From an uncultured Hyphomicrobiaceae bacterium (GTDB lineage: Bacteria > Pseudomonadota > Alphaproteobacteria > Rhizobiales > Methyloligellaceae), in NCBI GenBank assembly GCA_964454415.1, contig CAYVYD010000001.1, positions 1 to 40,251 of the forward strand: a DNA stretch of 40,251 nt, in the 5' to 3' direction. Each line of letters starts with the position of its first letter. Within the stretch, counting starts at the first letter, position 1. The position numbers were made by a program, and so were the translations under genes. The notes below the pieces were generated by a model. It was not told the DNA's origin. It ran no database searches and was given only the letters and a program-made list of their open reading frames with translations. Below are positions 35,601 through 40,251 of this stretch, piece after piece.

Positions 35601-35944
35601 GTGAGCGCGGCTGAGACGTAACCCAACACGCGAAAAATCTCGCCGCGCTCGAACAGCGCCAGAAAATAGGGAATGGGATCGGGGCCCGGGTTCATCCAAT
35701 GCAGGCCCGCCATCGAGAAGCCGCCGAACATGCCCTCGTTCCAGAGCGGAACCCGCCCCAGGGTGCGAATTGAATCGTATTCGAACAAACGGAGGTTGAG
35801 ATACGAGTTGAGCCGGTCGGAATCGCCGATGAAGGTGCTGACGCCGAACAGATGGTCGCCGAACACGATCAGCACCGCTGCGGCGATCACCCCGCCCGCG
35901 AGCCAACCGTATCTCCGTTCGCGTCGCCGTGCGCTGACTGTCAT
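32654..35944 (-). CDS. YfhO-family-like giant membrane protein (P1096) with an inserted pair of FN3-like modules
   Basis: The N-terminal GDSDRLNSY...RVPLWNEGMFGGFSMAG and the C-terminal NGLYHPSWRAYADGSEIPVFATNAVMRGVRLPAGTRHLQMRFEP, followed by a terminal TM, match the YfhO layout. There are roughly 14 hydrophobic segments. Confidence 0.75.
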   Translation of the reverse strand: MTVSARRRERRYGWLAGGVIAAAVLIVFGDHLFGVSTFIGDSDRLNSYLNLRLFEYDSIRTLGRVPLWNEGMFGGFSMAGLHWMNPGPDPIPYFLALFERGEIFRVLGYVSAALTALAGVSAYLYISDLARPGLPAVAGAVVYGLSVYSLHRAAQVDSAQMTLILLPLGLLAIRKAQSQALLAYAGLAAILTVLCFYGFLQEAAYVMIYLGAYSLYRGAAALRAGERDFQRPVTVFAAAVLVALVFAAPRLISVAGDFQQLFRTQTFHYTDYSEIARLVHEGFLGRSMGEGRELGNSLNLHEGLQLLGSSMAIFVVIAGIMTPRSRGELAAALMFLAICGMAFSRVDLLYVPGWHLFPGISRSGAIFLTIFAALVGIAALAAIAKRLGWLPGTAAEGSTRSAHRPARPRDTAFHLGALLTVLILVLVEEARYGLYLAFAKVDFTHSRLSLLATLSLASLFAVYCENYQRPMSPRESGRGMGPLLGAALFAAGLCLAWLINGNLIEQAVGVDAWSIKISNYRLSPIVSVEVGLTLAVFLACVLAAARGKVMGLSAGACAVVLMGGFAIGEAVTYGHFKLAGSHTRTAPIPFKTNNYLTVERDRLRPPADAQVERLRGRLEAERYRSVLIADDEAFPSNNSPHISQFWRLRQLGGYGAGVPARLQALGWPDGVVRLRSIAFGSLEQLSAALLSMLNVKYAVMLDEALYFNGKGGRSDQAFPRIVENPVAPLPRLYLAERITPVAATPVTATTARIGSSIGLEATAVYGGGVLLGWSKPAPKGTERIEIYRQKAAAAAGSEQNAWMEGKGDRVAILGPVAMAWLDPELPPTSQWLYRLLACNKTTCAPMGAPIHVEVAIPGITPPHLAGSSVARNGASGYQLTIRPYDDVELIIEGRVSSMERFAEVARFGRGQGSAMLTFQAQTGSVLLRARACNEHGCSAHSQIKRFSLSGDEWNAFDGKARGVVFAGHRDSVLTNPLVEGISGQSDGFDAGGKLKARYRGDVIDIDVDPSSRQRFLVVNGLYHPSWRAYADGSEIPVFATNAVMRGVRLPAGTRHLQMRFEPFSAAPRARLIELLAVLLFVLGGWILRRRAREGEA

Positions 35945-35950
35945 GCCCGT

Positions 35951-37871
35951 CTAACGTTGAGGCTTGGTTGTCGCAAGATCGAATATCTTGACAAGCCCGT
36001 TGTCGAGCACGAGCGGATAGTTTCGCGACAGATTGCTCTCGAGTTGCGCCATGCAGCTCTCGTCCAAACGGTTCTACTCGGTGAGGGTATTGGCCGGCAG
36101 GCAATCGGCGAAACCCGGAAACAGGCGCTTGTCCGAGAAATAAAAGAAATAGCGCGTGCGTTGCGCGCGCCAGTAATCGACACGCCGCATGAAGCCGACC
36201 TTGCATGCGTCCAGCGACACCGCGCCGCCCGCGTCCACGGAGCTGGGACCGCAAACGCCGATCCCGGCGCCTGGGTCAGAAAGCCGACCAATGCGACATT
36301 GATATTGGTCATGAAAAGCTCACCGCGAAAGGTCTTGATCTGTTCCAAGGGTCGCCACGTGGGCTGCTTGGCCATCCAGAGCGTAAAGCGCAGCGTGGCC
36401 ATTGCCGGCCGCAGTGCGGTTCGAGCGAATTGAACGAGCGAGACCGCCAGCAGGACGGCAAGAAACAATCCCGCCACAGTGCGTGCGGCCTGGTGCGGAT
36501 ACCCCGCCCATGCCGTCGAGCCTCGCCCCCTGCACCTGCCCAAAGCCGGGCGCGCAGGTCGATGGCGGCCACGGCGGCGATCCTCACGAAATGGTAAAGG
36601 CCGAGGCTCAAAACGGCAGCGACCCCCAAACCCAAGACCATGATGTTGGCTCCAAATCCGGTGGGCGTGACCTCCTGGGCGAAAGCGGGAAACAGCAGGA
36701 TCGGCGCCCACGCCGTGCCGATGCCCCAAATCGCAAAGCGAAAAAACAGTGATGCCGTTCGGGCTGGGCCCGCTGTGCCCAACTGCTGCCGGTCGCCCGG
36801 GGGCGCACGAGCGAACGAATCCCCCAAAACCCCGATGAGGAGACTGATTGCACCGATCGCGGCGACGGCGGCCCCTCCAGGAACCGTCAGGCTGTTGCGA
36901 AGTTGGGCGCGGACGACGTGCCAGGAAATTTCGTGCGCGCCGTGATGCACCACGTGAATTGACCGGTAGAAGGCGCTCATCTCCTCCTGGCTGGGGGTTC
37001 CCGTAATGCGGTTGGAGAGCGTGAGCCACATTTCCTGCAGGAAGACCTCCGGGCCCAAATAAAGAAAATTTTGCAGGAGATGGAGCCCGATTCCGGCGGC
37101 GAAGGCGCACCCCATCGCGATCACCTCCCGGGGCCGGATCGGCAGAAGCTGCGTCAGGAACAGGAAGACCCAGCAGAACATGACGCCGGAGAGCGCCGAA
37201 TATTCGATGTAGAAGGTGGAGACGAGTGCAACGCCAAAGGCAGTGGCGAAATAGGCCATCCGTCCGGTCCTGAGATACCAATCGAACATCAGCAGCGGCA
37301 GGAACGCCAACAGCGGATAGAGCGCATAGATCTGCCGCTCCATGAAATTGGCGACGTTCCAGGCGCCGAGCAGGAGGACGGCAAGCCCCGCCAGCTTGAA
37401 ACCGTGACGCTCCAACAGCGCTCTGGCGAACAGGAAATAGACCCCCAGGCCGGCGAGCGCGACGAGGCCCAGCACGGTCCGCACGACGGCGTAGTCGCCA
37501 TCGGAGATTTTTAAAATCAGCGCCGTGATCAGTTCCGGCGCCGGTGGCATGTGATTGTAGACGTAAGGGTGGTCGAGCGGATCGGCGCTGCTCGCGAAAT
37601 CCTGCAAAAGCCCGGTGACGAAAAATCCGTACTCCAGGTAATTCCGCGCGGTGTTGAAAATGTAGGCGGCCTCCTCGACCAGCGAGAACGGCGTGAACAG
37701 CTCCGACTCGAAAGTTATCTTCAAATGCAGAATGAAGATCGCCACCACCAGGCACAGCGCCACGGCGGCGATCGTCCAATCCGCGATCCCAACCGCGGTT
37801 CGCGCCACGATGACGCTGCGCGCCTCGGCGGACTTGGGCCCGTCACCCCCGTTGCCTGACGCTGCCGCCAT
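35951..37871 (-). pseudogene. third paralog of the P900/P753 family (P520); membrane domain intact, C-terminal domain disrupted
   Basis: The annotatable ORF 36309..37871 (520 aa) ends in ~80 Arg/Cys/Trp-rich residues. The family-like sequence continues in a second frame (TVAGLFLAVLL...WMAKQPTWRPLEQ...GFLTQAPGSAFAV, about 36500-36240). It then continues in a third frame (VDAGGAVSLDACKVGFMRRVDYWRAQ...), which is interrupted by an in-frame TAG at 36074-36076. That frame ends ...NGLVKIFDLATTKPQR with a stop at 35951-35953. Sequencing errors cannot be excluded. Confidence 0.5.
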
Positions 37872-37881
37872 CGGCGCCCCG

Positions 37882-38385
37882 TTACCCTCCCGGCCCCAGC
37901 AGCCACAGCGATTTGAGCCAATCGAACCCCCGCGCCACCGCCTTGCCGCGCCGCGTCAAGCGGTAACCGGAGCCTGCGGGCGCGATGTAGCCGCCCGCGG
38001 CCATGCCGGCGAGCCGCGCTTCGATAAAGGCCGGCGAGGTGAACGTCGCGGCCAGTCTTTCCTCCTCGACATGACCGTCCGGACGGCTGGCGAGTAGCCG
38101 CAACGTTTCGACTGAGAGCGAATGGGTCAGCGTGTAGATCAAGGGCATGTAGAGGACGACGAGACCCAGGAATGCGAGTTCGCCCCACAGGACCGCCGTG
38201 ATTGTTCCACCAACGCCCGGCGGCGCGCCGGCCGCCGCGACGACGGCGATGAGGAGGGCGAATGCCGGGACCAGCTTGAGGGCGAGGGGTCCGCGCTCGA
38301 TGCCGCGGGTAACGCGCGGCGACAGGAGATGCAGCCCAGCGAACAGGGCGAAGCAGAGGACCCCGATGGCGGCGGCGGCCGTCAC
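37882..38385 (-). CDS. small membrane protein with a C-terminal winged-helix-like domain (P167)
   Basis: 167 aa with three N-terminal hydrophobic segments, then ...ARLAGMAAGGYIAPAGSGYRLTRRGKAVA, a wHTH wing-like pattern. It is a paralog of the upstream gene and overlaps it as ATGA. Confidence 0.65.
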   Translation of the reverse strand: MTAAAAIGVLCFALFAGLHLLSPRVTRGIERGPLALKLVPAFALLIAVVAAAGAPPGVGGTITAVLWGELAFLGLVVLYMPLIYTLTHSLSVETLRLLASRPDGHVEEERLAATFTSPAFIEARLAGMAAGGYIAPAGSGYRLTRRGKAVARGFDWLKSLWLLGPGG

Positions 38386-38939
38386 TCTTCAGCCGCCTCT
38401 CGTTCCGGCCGGCCCGGCCCCAACATCGCTTGCGCCCGCCCGAGCGCCCTGGCCAGCCGCGAACCCTTCGGCGTGATCGCGACGTCGCCTCCCCGCCGTT
38501 CGATCAGGCCGAGGCCGCGCATACCAGCCAAACGCTTCTCATACATCCAGGCAAGCCCGTGCCCCGCGCCGTAGGATTTTGCGATATCCGCTGCCGACAT
38601 AGCACGCGGTTCGGCATCCAGCATATCGATCAGAATGCGCAGGGAAAGTCCCCGCTCGGCCAGGTTGTAGAGTTGCAGCAGACCGCCCCAATAGCCGGAA
38701 ATGTAGAGAAAAACCGCGAACGCCAGATCGCAGGCGGCCGGGGCCGCGAGCACGTCTTGCGGCAGCATCCACAGATCGTCCGGGGTCGCGAGGTGGAGCG
38801 CGACGAGGCTCGCCAGCCCGGCTCCAAACAGGCCGGCGAGCGATCGGAAACGATGCTTCCCGGAGATGCCGCGCAACAGGCCCGTCATCGCTGCCGCGGT
38901 CCCCAATCCCATTGCGGCGGCCAACAGCAGCGCTTTCAT
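38382..38939 (-). CDS. small membrane protein with a C-terminal winged-helix-like domain (P185)
   Basis: 185 aa with N-terminal hydrophobic segments, then LRILIDMLDAEPRAMSAADIAKSY...RLAGMRGLGLIERRGGDVAITPKGSRLARAL. Confidence 0.65.
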   Translation of the reverse strand: MKALLLAAAMGLGTAAAMTGLLRGISGKHRFRSLAGLFGAGLASLVALHLATPDDLWMLPQDVLAAPAACDLAFAVFLYISGYWGGLLQLYNLAERGLSLRILIDMLDAEPRAMSAADIAKSYGAGHGLAWMYEKRLAGMRGLGLIERRGGDVAITPKGSRLARALGRAQAMLGPGRPEREAAEE

Positions 38940-38952
38940 CCGGTCGCGCCCA

Positions 38953-39930
38953 TCACTCCGACGGGGTCTCCGCTTCCACCCGCCCGGCCGGCCTGCGCGC
39001 CAGCCACACGCCGCAGCCCACCAGGCTGAAGAGCACCGAAAGCGCGCCGAACAGGACCGAGACGAGAAAAGCGGGACCGGCCTGGACGCCCATCAGCCCG
39101 AAGGCGACCACCATCAGGCCCTCGCGCACGCCCCAGCCGGCGACCGTGATCGGGATCATGGCGAGCTCCATCACCAACGGCACCACCAGAATGCAGGCGA
39201 ACAGACTCACCTGGATTCCCAAATCGGCGAACAGGACGTAGATCATCGCCGCGTTGAGGACGTTGACGGCGAGACCGAGCGCGACCGCCCCCAGCGTCTT
39301 CAAGGGCGCGGTGAAGGAGACCCGCAGGACGGACACCAGATCCAACAGCAGCGGAATGACGGCGACAGCCTTCAGGCGCGCTGTGAGTTTCTTTTCGAGA
39401 CCCACGCGGCCCCGCAGAAAGGCGAACACAAACAGCATCGCGATCGCCGCAGCTCCGCCCAAGGCCACCGCCAAAAGCACAGTCCGCTTGAGGGGACTGT
39501 CCATCAAGGCGAATGACCAGGGCAGGAAGGCCAGGATCAACAGATGGTTGGCGATGATGCCGGTCAGCCGGTCGAGCAGGACGCCGCTCGCCGCGTTCCG
39601 GATGCCGATGCCCTCGCGCTTCAGCTCCCACAGACGGGCGGCGTCGCCGCCGAGGAAAGAGAGGAAGGTTTGCGAGAAGAACAGGCCCACCAGCGAGACC
39701 GGCACCGCCTCCTTCAAGCTCAATCTTTCCTTCAGCGTCGCCATCACCAGCGACAATCGCCCCGAGGCGATTGCCTGCTGGATCAGAAGCAGCAGACCGA
39801 AGCCCGCCAGACCGGCGGCGCTGAAGGCGGCGGCGTTCTCGAAGGTTTCGCCGAAATCGATCCGTTGCGAGATCAGCCAAAGCAACAGCGCGGAAAACGC
39901 GATTTTTGCGATCAGCGCGAGACGGTTCAC
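38953..39930 (-). CDS. UPF0104 / LPG-synthase-TM family 'flippase-like' membrane protein
   Basis: 325 aa with about 8 TM segments. The family-typical pattern is ...RLSLVMATLKERLSLKEAVPVSLVGLFFSQTFLSFLGGDAARLWELKREG...VLLDRLTG. Confidence 0.75.
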   Translation of the reverse strand: MNRLALIAKIAFSALLLWLISQRIDFGETFENAAAFSAAGLAGFGLLLLIQQAIASGRLSLVMATLKERLSLKEAVPVSLVGLFFSQTFLSFLGGDAARLWELKREGIGIRNAASGVLLDRLTGIIANHLLILAFLPWSFALMDSPLKRTVLLAVALGGAAAIAMLFVFAFLRGRVGLEKKLTARLKAVAVIPLLLDLVSVLRVSFTAPLKTLGAVALGLAVNVLNAAMIYVLFADLGIQVSLFACILVVPLVMELAMIPITVAGWGVREGLMVVAFGLMGVQAGPAFLVSVLFGALSVLFSLVGCGVWLARRPAGRVEAETPSE

Positions 39931-40018
39931 GGGTTCAACATCGCCGGCTTGTTACCCCCGCGCCCGCCCTGCGGTCATGCCGTTCGCCGATGGCGTTCGA
40001 GTTGGGACGCGCATGTCT

Positions 40019-40048
40019 TGACACCGTTTCAAGCTACCACCTAACTGG
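40019..40048 (+). promoter_or_regulatory. possible sigma70-like promoter for the plus-strand GT2 gene
   Basis: TTGACA at 40019-40024 with a weak -10 candidate CTAACT/TAACTG at 40042-40048 (17-18 nt spacer). Low information content. Confidence 0.25.
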
Positions 40049-40108
40049 CATCACCATGTTCCCGCCGTCCTGCCGCTGGGGCGCAGGGACACGCATGCGA
40101 TCAACTGT

Positions 40109-40251
40109 ATGGCAAATATCCGAGGCGAAATCATCCCTCCTTCGAAGCCAACGATCGAAGTCACCTTCGCCATCGCCGCCTTGAACGAGGAACGGTTGAT
40201 CGCCGACTTCGTGACGCAGGCCCATGCGACCGTGGCACCCCTGCTCGACCG
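40109..40251 (+). CDS. family 2 glycosyltransferase, 5' fragment (runs off the window)
   Basis: The ATG at 40109 opens MANIRGEIIPPSKPTIEVTFAIAALNEERLIADFV..., a typical GT2 N-terminus (beta1-NEE). The frame has high GC3 and stays open to the window end. It is absent from the ORF track because no stop is reached. Confidence 0.5.
   Translation, partial: MANIRGEIIPPSKPTIEVTFAIAALNEERLIADFVTQAHATVAPLLD

Noticed and set aside
36074-36076. In-frame TAG in the P520 C-terminal region as programmed recoding (pyrrolysine or readthrough).
   Set aside because: It co-occurs with two frame disruptions within ~450 nt and with reduced GC3. No Pyl machinery or recoding signal is visible. Decay or sequence error is the simpler explanation.
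39906-40225. Small ORFs 39906..40184 (+, 92 aa), 39544..40044 (+) and 40034..40225 (-, 63 aa) in or around the 39931-40108 intergenic region.
   Set aside because: They have no motifs and low-complexity or Arg-rich translations. They overlap the flippase-like gene or the better-supported GT2 start at 40109.

Overview
GC-rich, alphaproteobacterium-like chromosomal window with strongly GC3-biased codons. All family assignments below come from motif recognition by eye; no database search was run.

Positions 1-4870 are housekeeping: rpiA, a gabD-type succinate-semialdehyde dehydrogenase, a small secreted protein, gph, a LivK-type binding protein and tRNA-Val(CAC).

From about 4.87 kb to the window end (about 35 kb) lies one contiguous cell-envelope glycan locus. 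It is arranged in long, tightly coupled blocks: minus 23775->4872, plus 23977->29957, minus 39930->29970, and a plus gene starting at 40109.

The cytoplasmic part encodes:
- A nucleotide-heptose route: transaldolase, GmhA-like SIS isomerase, GmhB-like phosphatase and a domain-swapped HldE-like nucleotidyltransferase/PfkB-kinase fusion.
- Three extended SDR epimerase/dehydratases, a Gfo/Idh/MocA oxidoreductase and a divergent UDP-glucose-dehydrogenase-family protein.
- A TPP-dependent E1 alpha/beta pair.
- Four methyltransferases and several GT2 enzymes, one of them fused to a classical SDR.

The membrane part is the unusual feature. It holds six large polytopic membrane proteins:
- A three-member paralogous family of 900 aa, 753 aa and a decayed ~640-aa copy.
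- A 1096-aa YfhO-like protein.
- Orphans of 540 aa and 436 aa.

Also present are an MsbA/PglK-type ABC exporter, a UPF0104 flippase-like protein and two tandem membrane-anchored wHTH-like proteins.

I could not recognise a Wzx, Wzz, Wzm/Wzt or initiating phosphoglycosyltransferase. I saw no CRISPR array, integrase or transposase.

My best reading is a poorly described polyprenyl-phosphate-sugar-dependent periplasmic glycosylation system. It would decorate an envelope acceptor with modified (methylated, possibly C-branched) heptose or hexose units.
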